DNA of 64,000 nucleotides, from assembly GCA_951406725.2 (NCBI GenBank), contig OX597825.1, positions 13,888,001 through 13,952,000 on the forward strand, in the 5' to 3' direction. Position 1 is the first letter of the stretch. Every line of letters starts with the position of its first letter. Origin of the DNA: Octopus vulgaris (lineage: Eukaryota). Below, piece after piece: positions 40,204 to 54,307 of this stretch. The position numbers and the translations under genes were made by a program. Under the pieces are notes generated by a model, which did not search any database, was not told where the DNA came from, and saw only the letters and a program-made list of their open reading frames with translations.

Positions 40204-40244
<41 letters not shown>

Positions 40245-40473
40245 TGCACACATATATATATAAACGAACATTATTTATTTCTTGCTTTGTTTTTCTGTTT
40301 GTTGATTCTACCGAAGTATCTTGACGCTAATTAAAGGCAAGACTACTGTCTCAGACATTACTTTCATGTATGCTACATTAATTAGATTATGAGTCAATAG
40401 TCAGGAATACAATATTTATCTAATATCAGTGGTGACAAACTTTCTCCTCAACCACATGTAAGGAATATTTGTT

Positions 40474-40520
<47 letters not shown>

Positions 40521-41816
40521 GTTTTGTTTGTTTTCGTTAGCAAATATAGAACAATCAAAAGAATCAATATTTTGTGATTTAGCTATGATTAATTCATTTA
40601 TTGTTGCGCGCACTTTAACGCATGGATCGCAAGATGTCACATCAGTGAAACCGTAAAATGAACGCCAAGTTGAAGCTGAAGAATTAAAATGGATCTTTTG
40701 GATGCCCTTGCAATTTTAGGAGAGTGTTTTTTTGTTTCAAAGAATTCTCTATAACGTTGTAACACTTGGACAAAAGAAAGCACAGCATAAATTCACAGCT
40801 CAACAGTCAAATAATAATGAAGTACAACATTTGATGAGATAAACTCAATCTCTTGTGTTTGATGGAGAACAATACAAATATGTATTTATGTATAAGAAGC
40901 AAAGTGATTACTGAACAAATTACATATACATTTATTGATAAGATGTTTTAGTTATCGCAATCTAATTTTGGAATTAATGTCGCTAAATCATTACGGTTCT
41001 TGCCAATTAAACACAAACATTTCTCTGTATACTTAATCTGATTTCATATTTTATAATTAGCAAAGATAAAATGAATTATTTACATTATTTTCCACATTTC
41101 AGATTTATTCTTGGGTCGTCGTCGTCCAAGTAACTACTGAAAATCAAATTCGGAATCTTGGGGTTAGTAGCCCGCGCTGTTAACCACTACGCCATGTGCC
41201 CATGAGCAATTATGGAGTGAATTTTAAGGCTTATAAATCTAATATTCTCCTACCTCAATACCGGTTCCCATATGTTGAACTGCTAAGTTATGGGGACATG
41301 AACACCCCAACATCAGTTGTCAAGCGATGGTGGGAGAACAAGCACAGACACACAAATACACACACACACACACATACACACATACACACACATACAGATG
41401 TATATATGTTGGGCATCTTTCAGTTTCTGTCTTTCAAATCTAAGCACAAGGATTTGATCAGCCTGAGGCTATGGTAGAAGACACTTACCCGAGGTGTCAC
41501 ACAGTGGGACCGAACCCAGAACAATGTGGTTGGGAAGCAAGCTTCTTACCACTCAGCCACTTCTGTGCCTATTATATATATATATATATATATGTACGTA
41601 AAAAGCACCAGCTGTCCGTGGCCATTTACCAGCTCCATCTGGCACCTGTGCGGGAGGCACGTAAAAAGCACCCACTACACTCAGGGAGTGGTTGGCATTA
41701 GGAAGGGCATCCAGCCTGATGCAGCCTTCTGGCTTCACAGACCCCAGTTGAACCGTCCAACCCATGCTAACATGGAAAGCGGACGCTAAATGATGATGAT
41801 GATACATACATACATA

Positions 41817-41870
<54 letters not shown>

Positions 41871-41978
41871 CATACATAATTGTATATATATATATATATA
41901 CATACATAATTGTGTATATATATATATATATATATATATACATACATACATAATTGTATATATATATATATATACATA

Positions 41979-42026
<48 letters not shown>

Positions 42027-42219
42027 CATGCTGGATGTACATGAAACTTGTGGCCCTTGAGTCACTTTGTAACTTCTACTGATTAAATGCATCCCTATGC
42101 ATGCGCACGTGTGTGCGTGCATTATATACACACTAACTAACGTACAAATATTCTTTGCATATGTAGGTATGTCTGAATGTTTATATTACATGTATAAACA
42201 CACAATCATTCATCGAGAG

Positions 42220-42258
<39 letters not shown>

Positions 42259-42474
42259 AAGAGAGAGAGATGGGAAGAAAGCGACATATGAAGGTGAGGA
42301 ATGCTGTCAATGTCTTATTGACTTCTGTATTAACCTTCAGTTGGTATCGCTTCCGTGACCTTCAAGATTGGGTGGCAAACAGTTGCTCCAAAGTCTTTTT
42401 CTAGCACACAAATTCACATCAATAACCTTTCTGTGCTGTTGTTATTTTATCGTTTATCATTATCATCATCGCCC

Positions 42475-42598
<124 letters not shown>

Positions 42599-43677
42599 CA
42601 TCCTCTGTATTCCATTGATCATATTGATATGTCAAAAGGAACAAAATCAAGTTGTTCTTTCTTGTTCAATGTACACAGGTGAAGAGACATCTTCTCTTCA
42701 ATGGTGCAGCAGTTGCTGCTACAGCTCTCTGAAAATGGTTTGTTTGTGTGTGTGCGTGATTTTCTTTAGCTTTTTTTTTTTTTTTTTTTTTTTACCAAAG
42801 AAGGGAATGGAAGAAATAAATAAAAAAAACTGACCTTGAAAAGATCAAACTCTTAGGAATAAAATATTTCATCTTTAGTGAGTGTTTGTGCGCTGTTAGA
42901 GAGGAGTCTAACGACGTGGAATTTTGTATGAATATTTGTACATGATTTAGTTTTACTGGTTTCTTGAGGAACAATATGTTAATAGCAGCAGCATCATCAT
43001 CATCGTCGTCGTCGTTGTTTAATGTCTGCTTTCCATGCTGGCATGGGTTGGAGGGTTTGACTGAGGACTGGTGAGCCAGGAGGTTGCACTACACTCCAAT
43101 CTGATCTGGCAAAGTTTCTACAGCTGAATGCCCTTCCTAACGCCAACCACTCTGAGAGCGTAATGGGTGCTTTTATGACACCAACATGAGGGCCAGTCAG
43201 GCAGTTCTGGCAATGACCACACTCAAAAGGTGCCTTTTATGCACCACCACCTGCTTAGGAGCCAGTCCGGCAGCACTGGTAGCGACCATGCTCGAATGTT
43301 GTTTTCCCATGCCACCAGTACATGTGCTGGCTAATCGACTCTGGCAACGATCACGCTGAAATGGTGCTTTTCACATGCCACCGGCATGGGAGCCAATCAA
43401 TGGCCCTGGCAACGATTTCACTCGGATGTGCTTTTAATGTTCCACTGGCATGAGTGTCAATCAGGTGGTACTCTCATCAGGCGCATCAGTAATTTTGATT
43501 TGTTTTCACTTGCCTCAACAGGTCTTCACAAGCAAAGTTCATTGTCCAATGAATGAGGGGTACTGATAAATGGGCCAGTTACAACCCACATTCGGATGAA
43601 CTTTTAATGTTCCACTGGCACAAGTGGCAATCAGGTGGTACTGTCATCAGCCACGTCATCAATTTTGAAAAAAATAA

Positions 43678-44006
43678 TGTGGCACCTTGGGCAAGTGTCT
43701 TCTACTATAGCCTCGGGCTGACCAAAGCCTTGTGAGTGGATTTGGTAGACGGAAACTGAAAGAAGCCCGTCGTATATATATGTATATGTATGCGTGTGTG
43801 TGTTTGTCCCCTAGCATTGCTTGACAACCAATGCTGGTGTGTTTATGTCCCTGTCACTTAGCGGTTCGGCAAAAGAGACCAATGGAATAAGTACTGGGCT
43901 TACAAAAGAATAAGTCCCGGGGTCGAGTTGCTCGATTAAAGGCGGTGCTCCAGCATGGCCGCAGTCAAATGACTGAAACAAGTAAAGGAGTAAAAGAGTA
44001 AAAGAG
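43678..44006 (+). mobile_element. S1 SINE (near consensus)
   Basis: Matches the 2244 family. It is the inverted partner of 44385-44800. Confidence 0.85.
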
Positions 44007-44384
44007 TATGTGCTTGACATTAAATTAAATTGAAGTTATCTTTTCAAGTCATGGCGACTCACAAGGGCTGGTTTCCCAGTTGCAATGCGTATATATTTCC
44101 CACCTGCATGAGACGCTGATTCATTGCAGGATTACTCATTTTTGCCAGCTGAGTGGACCAGAGCTAAGTGAAATGAAGGGTCACCCGATCCCCAAATCAA
44201 AACCCCTATTTTATGATCATGAGTGCAACACCCTTACCACTCAACCATATGCCTCCACATGCACAACATTCCCTGGAATTGGAAAGCTAGTCTGTCACAG
44301 GGTTATCCATTTTGCAGCTGAGCAGACTGGCGTTCTGTTCAAGAACACAACATGTCATTCAGTCCAGGATTCGAAACCACTACC

Positions 44385-44800
44385 TTACTCTTTACTCTTT
44401 TACCTGTTTCAGTCATATGACTGCGGCCATGCTGGAGCACTGCCTTTAGTCGAGCAAATCGACCCCGGGACTTATTCTTTGTAAGCCCAGTACTTATTCT
44501 ATCGGTCTCTTTTGCCGAACCACTAAGTGACGGGGACGTAAACACACCAGCATCGGTTGTCAAGCGATGCTATGGGGACAAACACAAACACACAAACACA
44601 TACACACACACATATATATATATATATACATATATACGACAGGCTTCTCTCAGTTTCCGTCTACCAAATCCACTCACAAGGCATTGGTCGGCCCGGGGCT
44701 ATAGCAGAAGACATTTGCCCAAGATGTCACGCAGTGGGACTGAACCCGGAACCATGTGGTTGGTTAGCAAGCTACTTACCACACAGCCACTCCTGCGCCT
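44385..44800 (-). mobile_element. Full-length S1 SINE
   Basis: Complete head to tail on the minus strand. Confidence 0.85.
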
Positions 44801-45212
44801 ACAATCCTAACCACTAAGCCACGTGCCTCCACTCCACATGTGCAACACTCCTCCTAGTCTATCACAGGGTTAACCATTTACAGCTGATTGGACTGGAGCA
44901 ATATCAAAAAAAAGTGTTTTGCTCATGAACACAATTCGCCACTCAGTCCTGGAATTGAACTCACGATCTTGTGACTCAAATTACTAGGTAACATGCCTTC
45001 ATATAACTAATATTACTTAGCTTTAATTATGTAGCATAGGTTTTTTTTTTTTTTTTTTTTTTTGCTCATTTGTAAAAACAGATCAAGGCTCTGTTACCAT
45101 GGGGATTTCAAACCACAATTGACAGCAATGAGAATTCACTCCTACCATTTAAATCTCTGAAGTGAATGTTAATAGTTTTGCCACTTCACCATCATCGTCG
45201 TCATCGTCATCG

Positions 45213-45277
<65 letters not shown>

Positions 45278-46365
45278 TAATGTCCATTTTTCCATGCTGG
45301 TGTAGTTGGACTTTTTGAATGGAACTGGCAAGGCTGGAGAGCTTCACCAGGCCCTAGTTGTCTGCTTTGGGATGGTTTCTACAGCTGGATGCCCTTCCTA
45401 ATGCCAACCACTTTACAATGTGTACTGGGTGCTTTTTGTGTCACACCAGAATGCGTGCCTTATAAGTGGCATAAGCACCTATGTGTGATTGCACCAACAA
45501 ACATGGGAACTTTATACATGGAACCAGCACAAGTGGTTTTTACATGGAACTGGCACAAATGCTTTATATGTGGCACCAACATGGGAACTTTATACATGGG
45601 ACCAGCACAGGTGGTTTATGCATGGAGCTAGAACAGGTGCTTTTTACATGACAGATGTTTTTTACATGGAACCAACACATAAAAAGCTCCACAGATGCGA
45701 TATGGTTATAGAATAAGCAATCACCTCTGCTTATAATTACACCTGCTTCTTGCAGAAGTACATAACAATTTCTCTTATTAGTATTAGTATAGTATTATTG
45801 GCATCTTATTAGTATTAGTATTATTAGCATTACACAGTAAACTGTGCTTAACCACAGTTTACCTGTCATGTCATTTAGTAGACTTGTATGTAATTGATCA
45901 CGTTCTGCTCATGGCCATCTCTCTACCTTTCAGGCATTGTATATCTAGGACTACCCCTTTGGTATGTGTTGATATTTTAAGATGATAGGGTGTAAGCTGA
46001 GATTTGACTGGTGCCGTTTCTGGCAGGTCGAATGACTGTGTAATATTTCACTCATTGGGTGATGGGGAAGAATGTGGAAAATTTCTTCACCGAGTGCCAA
46101 AGTGCCAATTGTGGCATATTGGTAGACACATATTACTTTGTCTATTATCAGACTGATAATTTAATAACGCTGATAATGGTGTAGTTTTGTAACTTCAGAC
46201 AATATTAGTGAGTGAATGAGAGAGAAAGACAGCGAGAGAGAGAGACAGAGAGAGAGACAGAGAGAGAGACAACCATGAGAGAAAGAGAAACAAAAATGCT
46301 AAAGATTACAAGGCAAGAAAGAGACAAATAAATATGTCGCCAGACAGGTAAAACACGTATGTGCA

Positions 46366-46428
<63 letters not shown>

Positions 46429-46609
46429 CACACATATATACATACACATAGCTGCAGGTTTAAGAAGCTTACTTCTTAAGCATGCAGCCATGCAGTCTGA
46501 GGTTCAATCCTGCTGTCCATCACTTTGGGCAAATGTTTTTTAATATAACCCAGGGCTAACCTAAGCCTTATGAATGGATTTGGTAGACAGAAACTAAAAG
46601 GCCATTATG

Positions 46610-46701
<92 letters not shown>

Positions 46702-46785
46702 CATACTATATATTGATAGAAATGTTAAGACAACAAAATAATGAGACCTCGATATTATGTAAAATAGAAGAATTTATCTATAAAT

Positions 46786-46968
46786 ATATGTGACAATTAT
46801 TTGGTAGCCTTGATAAAACTCAGAGTTCCAGATGTTGGAATGGAAACCCACACCGCTATCTCTTCAGTTATCAGACCATCAGATAACTGAAGGGATGGCT
46901 GTGTGGATTTCTGCCTCGACATCCGAAACTCAGAGTTTTATCATGGGTGCTAAATAATTGTCACATAT
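46786..46968. repeat. Inverted repeat of ~87-bp arms, each containing a hammerhead motif (family D)
   Basis: + 46882-46942 reads GAUAA CUGAAGG GAUG...CAUC C GAAA CUCAGAG UU UUAUC. - 46812-46872 reads GAUAA CUGAAGA ... GGAA CUCUGAG UU UUAUC. The spacer is 9 nt. Confidence 0.8.
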
Positions 46969-47753
46969 TATAGTTACAGATATATATATATATATATACA
47001 TACTGTGCAGGTGGCACGTAAAAAACACCCACTACACTCGCGGAGTGGTTGGCGTTAGGAAGGGCATCCAGCCGTAGAAACATTGCCAGATAAGACTGGA
47101 GCCTGGTGCAGCCTCCTGGCTTCCCAGATCCCCAGTCGAACCGTCCAACCCATGCTAGCATGGAGAACGGATGTTAAACGATGATGATGATGATGATGAT
47201 ACATACATACATACATACACACATAATGGTGATGATGATGACGATGATGATGATGGTGGTGGTGGTGGTGGTAGTGATGTTGATGATACATACATACATA
47301 CATACATACATACATAGATGTTTGGGTGACTTGTGTATACATGAAGTGCAGTGATATGTGGTCTGTGTACACGTGCAAATAATGATGACTATGAGGTGGT
47401 GAGTGGTGACTATGTGGTGTGGAGGTGTTGATAGTCCTCGTTAGAAGTTGTATAAACAAACCACTTAGTTAACGGTTTTTAATCGAAGTGACGATGCAAA
47501 ACGCTAATGGTATAACACAGAAGAGAACCTAAAATAAGTCATTTGTCTTTTTACATCCACACTTTTTGTCGAAGAAACATAAGCATATTTGGTTTTTTTC
47601 ATTCGGAATCAGAAGAAAGTGAAAACCATTAATTCAATTTTTCGGTCAATTGAATTATATGAAATGAAAAGTTCAAATTGGAAAATTTCAACTTCAGTAT
47701 GATGTGTTCTTTCTTAGATTGTTAAGGAAAAAGAGAAAGAGAGACAGAGAAAC

Positions 47754-47802
<49 letters not shown>

Positions 47803-48107
47803 GTGGGAGAAAGGAAATATTTTGGAATCAATGTTGTTGGTTTGATTGAAGTGTCAAGTACTTCTACATGTGAATATGTATGTGTGCGTGTATGTGTGTA
47901 TATGTATATGTGTGTGTTTCTGATAGTGTGTGTGCGTGTGTGTGTCTGTGTCTGTGTGTCTGTGTGTGTGTGTGTGTGCATGTATGTCTGTATATGTGAA
48001 TGTGTTTCTGATAGTGTGTGCGTGCATATGTGTGTATATGTGCATGTGTTTCTGATAGTATGTGCGTGTGTGTGCATGTGTGTGTGTATATGTGAATGTG
48101 TTTCTGA

Positions 48108-48145
<38 letters not shown>

Positions 48146-48869
48146 AAGTACCAGACCTTCTGACCTATGAATAGATCTATAGAAAAAGTTTGTTTGCATA
48201 CATCAGACATAAACGATGTGGCTGTGTTTGTGTAACTCTGCGGCTAGTTCTCTCGATGTACATGTATCCAGTGTCTCTGTGTTTGCATTTCTAACAAGTC
48301 TGGCTACATAGAAAAAACTGATATCAGAAAATGTAAAAGCAAATGTTATTGAAACCAACTTTCCTTTCAACACATAACTACACACTGTGTGGAAGCACTC
48401 CGTCGGTTACGACGACGAGGGTTCCGGTTCATCCGATCAACGGAACAGCCTGCTCGTGAAATTAACGTGTAAGTGGTTGAGCACTCCACAGACACATGTA
48501 CCCTTAACGCAGTTCTCGGGGATATTTAGCGTGACACAGAGAGTGACAAGGCCGGCCCTTTGAAATACAGGTACAACAGAAACAGGAAGTAAGAGTGAGA
48601 GAAAGTTGTGGTGAAAGAGTACAGCAGGGATCACCACCATCCCTGCCGGAGCCTCGTGGAGCTTTAGGTGTTTTCGCTCAATAAACACTCACAACGCCCG
48701 GTCTGGGAATCGAAACCACGATCCTACGACCACGAGTCCACTGCCCTAACCACTGGGCCATTGCACCTCCACATATAACTACACACACAGCCATAAACAT
48801 GCACACACATATATTCTCTCTGTTTCCATCTGTCTGTCCACAAGAGGGTGCCGAAAAGCTCTTGGCTTT

Positions 48870-49184
48870 AACGTTTCGGCTGATATACACTCCAGCTTTC
48901 ATCAGGTGTCTTGGGGAAATTTTGAACCTGGGTTCTCATTCCTAAGGTACCTTTCGCTGAACTGGCAGAATCATTAGCATGCTGGGTGAAATGTGTAGCC
49001 GTATTTTGTCTGCTGTTACATTCTGAGTTCAAATTCCGCCGAGGTCAACTTTGCCTTTCATCATTTTGGGGTCGATTAAATAAGTACCAGTTACGCACTG
49101 GGGTCGATGTGATCGATTTAATCCATTTGCCTGTCCTTGTTTGTCCCCTCTGTGTTTAGCCCCTTGTGGGTAGTAAAGAAACAA

Positions 49185-49259
<75 letters not shown>

Positions 49260-49285
49260 GTTATTATTATTATTATTATTATTAA

Positions 49286-49339
<54 letters not shown>

Positions 49340-49410
49340 AGTCACTGCCTGGAATCGAACTCAGAATCTTGGGGTTAGTAACCCATGCTCTTAACCACTA
49401 CACCATATTT
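48870..49410 (-). mobile_element. Family A element with a nested Deu/Nin SINE (48957-49180)
   Basis: tRNA-like head at 49340-49407, (TAA)n, body 48911-48955, HHR 48870-48910. Confidence 0.75.
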
Positions 49411-49896
49411 AGAACTGTATCTCAGTACGTTACCCAACATAGATAATCAAGCCTCATTTGCTTAACTCCATAGGATGCGAGGGTGATATTGAATATCTCA
49501 CAACATATGTAGTCTACATTTTGATCAACATTGTCACTGCTGATGTATTGTCTCAGCTTATTGCACAACCAATATTATATAACATATACAAGGAGCGATT
49601 AGATAAAAACTGGAATCTTATAAGAAAAATATTTTTGTAGACTCTCAATCAGACAGTTATTAATACCATTGAGCTCTTTCTCTTTTGCATTTCATATTCA
49701 AAACATTCCCACCATATTGTCTCAGACAGAATAAAATTGGCCCGAGAGAATTATTATCTACACCTGTATTTAGCACCTGTCTAGTAAACAGCCATTTGCA
49801 AATGGAACAGTATTTCTACCGTTTCAAAAATTATTTCTCCTTTGTCATAGTTTTGAGATTTTGATGATTATTTTTACTGAATTTTCTCCTCACAGC

Positions 49897-50222
49897 TCAT
49901 GGTACTTTGACAAAAAAGTGCCATGGTACTTTCACAAAGAAGTACCATGGTACATTCATAAAGAAGTACCATGGTACATTCACAAAGAAGTACCATGGTA
50001 TTTTCACAAAGAAGTACCATGGTATTTTTACAAAGAAGTACCATGGTACTTTCACAAAGAAGTACCATGGTACTTTCACAAAGAAGTACCATGGTACATT
50101 CACAAAGAAGTGCCATGGTATTTTCACAAAGAAGTACCATGGTACTTTCACAAAGAAGTACCATAGTATTTTCACAAAGAAGTACCATGGTACTTTTACG
50201 AAGAAGTACCATGGTATATTCA
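49897..50222. repeat. 24-nt minisatellite, ~13.5 units, with a 16-bp palindrome at unit junctions
   Basis: Unit CCATGGTACTTTCACAAAGAAGTA starts every 24 nt (49897, 49921 ... 50209). AAGTACCATGGTACTT is self-complementary. Confidence 0.95.
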
Positions 50223-51032
50223 TAACTCTTGGTACTCTCACATATATGATGTTTATAATGAGGGTTTCAAATTTTTGACACAAGACCAGCAATTCAAGGG
50301 GTGTGGGGGTTAGTTGATTACATTGACCCCAGTGTTCAACTGGTACTTGTTTTATTTATTTGAAAAGGATAAAAGGCAAAGTCAGCCCCAGCTGCAGCAT
50401 TTGACTCAGAATGTAAAGTTGGACAAAATGCCGCTAAGCATTTTCCCTGTGTGATAATGGTTCTGCCAGCTCGCTACTTTATGATGTCAACATATAATAG
50501 TGACATTATGAAGGCACATGGCTCAGGGGTTATATCATCAGGCTCACAATCATGAGGTAGTGAGTTTGATTCCTGGTCTGGGCTGTGTGTTGTATTCTTG
50601 AGCAAGACACTTTATTTCATGTTGCTTCTGTTCACTCAGCCATAGAAACGAGTTGTGATGTCTCTGGTGTCAAACTGTATTGGCCTTTGCCTTTTCCTTG
50701 GATAATATTGATGGCATAGAGAGAGGAGGCTGGTATGCATAAGTGACTGCTGGTCTTCCATAAACAACCTTGTCCGGACTTGTACTTCAGAGGATGACAC
50801 TCTAGGTGCAATCCTATGGTCACTTATGGCCAAAGGAGGTATTTACTCCTTTTAATAGTGACATGATGATATATCAATAAGTATTCATAACTTTATAGCT
50901 AGGTGTGTGGTGAGAGGTTCCCTTTCCAATCACATGGTTCCTGGTTCAGTCTCACTGAACGGCACCTTGGACAAGTGTCTTCTACTATAGCCCTGGGGCA
51001 ACCATATCAGAAGTCCATCATGTGTGTGCGTG

Positions 51033-51077
<45 letters not shown>

Positions 51078-53327
51078 ATGCATTTTTCTTGCTCTGACTT
51101 TGAGTGGTAGAAGTATGCATGTGTTACTGTCATGAATGCATAGAACTTTCGTTTTAATCTTCTCTGAAAGTCATGGGGAAATATCAACTTGGAAACGGGT
51201 AAAAATTCGCAACCAGAAGGGTACCCAGTCATAGAAAATCTGCCTTAATTTAGTCAGTCTGTGGAGTGCTCGACCATTTACAGACATATGTTAATGTGCC
51301 GGTGGTTCATTTGATCAAAGAACTGGAATATTCATAGTGAAAGCAAACAAATATCCATATACTTATTTGCTAAAATATAATATCCGATGGAATGTAATGA
51401 TTAATGTTCTGTATAAAACTTACCATTACTTCTAGTTGAATAATATAACATATGAAACTATATTAGAACTACAAGACGGATGTTGTCGCAGGTGAAAGAA
51501 AAATAAATATTTAAGTATTTTGTCATAGATCCAGACATCGAATGGAGACAATACTCCATTCTGGTTTCGCTAAACTATAGCTTTCCTGTAAACACATTTG
51601 GTAAACCTCTTTAATTATTTTTCTTGAATAATCAAATTATTTCTCTCTGTCTGTATATTGTTTTCTCTCCAAGAAGCAGACTGACCTGAAACTAGTCTAA
51701 TTCTTATAACCAAGTCACATAATATTAACCGTAGAAGATTGTTTACAAAAACAAAATTGCTGGAGCAGATCTAGAATGGGTTTTTTTTCTTGTTATCTCT
51801 TGTTGTTGAATTGATGAGCTTTCTCGACTGACAACACTCCAGTTTCATTTTCTTTTAGTAATGATAGATATAGTGAAACTATCTGTTTTTCTGTGTATTA
51901 TTTCTCCATTGCCCCACTGTTCTATTTTCTCACTGCTCCCCTATGAGGTGGAGGATTGCCAAAGACGAAAATATTACTGTCATTTTCTTAGATATTTTAT
52001 GATATTCTTGCTTTTTTTGGCACCTCAAATATAATTGTTGATAAATATTATCGGGTAAACAAATAAACATTATGTTAGTTTGTCTCAGTTAAATTATAAT
52101 CAATTTTCTTTTTTCACATTTGACATATTTTGTTGTATCTTGGGTGGATCATTATGCTAATAAACACATGCACTGGTTCTATTTCACTTCATTATTTATT
52201 AGTCAATTGGCTAACTATTTAGCCAATTGACTTATCAATTGGTTAGATAGTTGACTTATCATTCAGTTTGTCAATCAATCAGCTAGGTTTATCAAAGTTT
52301 CATCATTGACATTCACAGCATCATCTCGGAGGGATCAGTGTTAGGAAGGGCATCCAGCCATAGAAACCATGCCAAATCAGACTGGAGTCTGGTGCAGCCC
52401 CTCTGCTTACCAACCCATTATCTTTTTGCATTGAGATTTCGATGATGTGCTTGTATATTTTTAGTATGACATTGTAGGATAGGCATGAGAGGCTGAATAT
52501 GGCCAGTCTGTCTATAAAACAGGTATAACATTAGGGCTGGATATGACCAGTTTAAAAAATGCTGAAGGGTTAACGATGGAAAAGAGTCTAAGACCAAAGA
52601 CTAAGTGTTTCGATGAGGAACAGTGATTCCAGATATTGGCTTTGAAAGTAATCAGGTTGATGAAATAACGTCACACAGATTTAATAATTAACTCCATTAG
52701 TAGTTAGTACACCATTGGGTCCAGTACAATGGATTAAACTGAAAATGGTAATATCATTAATGCAGCTTGCTGTAATGGTTTTCCATTACTTATTACAGAA
52801 GCTTTCTCATTTGGTTAACAATAGCTGAGTTAAAATCTAGACATTAGCATGAACATTTTGAGCTGATGATCTTTTAAGATCCTCTCTTTAATGATTATGG
52901 TACAATGTGAAGATGAAGGAATTCTGGATTCATTAAGATAATTAAAACAAATGCTGATTATGTATTTAAATATTCTGAGTTGTTTTATTTTTGCTATTTG
53001 ATTGTATATCAACAGTTTATGTGCAACTTTGTCATTGGTGGTGGTGACAAACACAGGCACACAAATATATATATATATATATATATATAAATGGATGAAT
53101 GAATTATCCTTTGTTTACTGTTAACATGGAAAATTCAATAAACAGTTACCAGGGTAGTAAAATTCACATGTTCTCTACTTATTATTTCTTTAACCCTTCT
53201 CTTTCTAGTATCTGCCTTTGACATCGAATCTACTAACGGTTTTTTAAAATACTTAATAACGTTTGTTTATCATTTAGGAAGTCATCGTAATTGTTATAAT
53301 GTCTTGTTGTTGAGATAGGCTCTCTTT

Positions 53328-53395
53328 CTTTCCTGATGAGAAGGTTGCATTTTACACCGTTTAACCAATGTTGTCTTCGGAACATATGTCGAAAG
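53328..53395 (+). ncRNA. Hammerhead motif (family C relative) with A13G lesion
   Basis: CUUUC CUGAUGA GAAGG...UCUUC GGAA CAUAUG UC GAAAG, with a perfect 5-bp stem I and a GUC site. The downstream ATCTTCGTTCAACTCCATTT (53414-53433) is shared with the 27619 copy (27576-27595, minus). Confidence 0.72.
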
Positions 53396-53461
53396 TAAAA
53401 GAATTTTAATAACATCTTCGTTCAACTCCATTTATTTACTTATATATATGTATATGTATAT

Positions 53462-54027
53462 ACAACAGGCTTCTTTCAGTTTCTGTCTACCAAATCTACT
53501 CACAAGGCTGAGGCTATAGTGGAAGACACATGCCTAAGGTGCCACTCTGTGGGACTGAACCCAGAACCATGTGGTTGGTAGCGAGCTACTTACCACACAA
53601 CCACTCCTGCACCTATATGATGGGATTCTTTCAGTTTCCTTCTGCTAAATCCATTCACAAGGTTTTGGTCAGCATGAGGCTATAAAAGAAGACACTTGTC
53701 CAAGGTGTCACACAGTGAGACTGAACCCAGAACCATGTGGTTGGTAAGCAAGCTACTTACTCCACAGCAACTCCTGCCCCTATAGCCATTCTTGTGCCTA
53801 TGTATTAAGTATTTCTCTCTTTTTCTCTTTCACTTGTTTCACTCATTTGAATGTTGCCATGCTGGAGCACCGCCTTTAATTGAGCAAATCAATCCCAGGA
53901 CTTATTCTTTGTAAGCCTAGTACTTATTTTATTGGTGTCTTTTGCCAAACCGCTAAGTTATGGGGACATAAACACACCAGCATCAGTTGTCAAGCGATGT
54001 TGGGAGGACAAACACAGACACACAAAC

Positions 54028-54064
<37 letters not shown>

Positions 54065-54225
54065 CATATATACGACGGGCTTCTTTCAGTTTCCGTCTAC
54101 CAAATCTACTCACAAGGCTGAGGCTATAGTGGAAGACACATGCCTAAGGTGCCACTCTGTGGGACTGAACCCAGAACCATGTGGTTGGTAAGCGAGCTAC
54201 TTACCACACAACCACTCCTGCACCT
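53462..54225 (-). mobile_element. Cluster of S1 SINEs with duplicated heads
   Basis: 53462-53615 and 54071-54225 are near-identical. A third head is at 53620-53780. Confidence 0.8.
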
Positions 54226-54307
54226 ATATGAAAGGAAAAACTATGTAAATTAAAAATTAAAAACTGTCTCTGTCTGGCTAATCCCCGATTTTTTTTTATT
54301 CTTTCAG

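Noticed and set aside
49897-50222. CRISPR-like array of palindromic repeats
   Set aside because: Units are contiguous with no unique spacers, the context is eukaryotic, and there are no cas genes.
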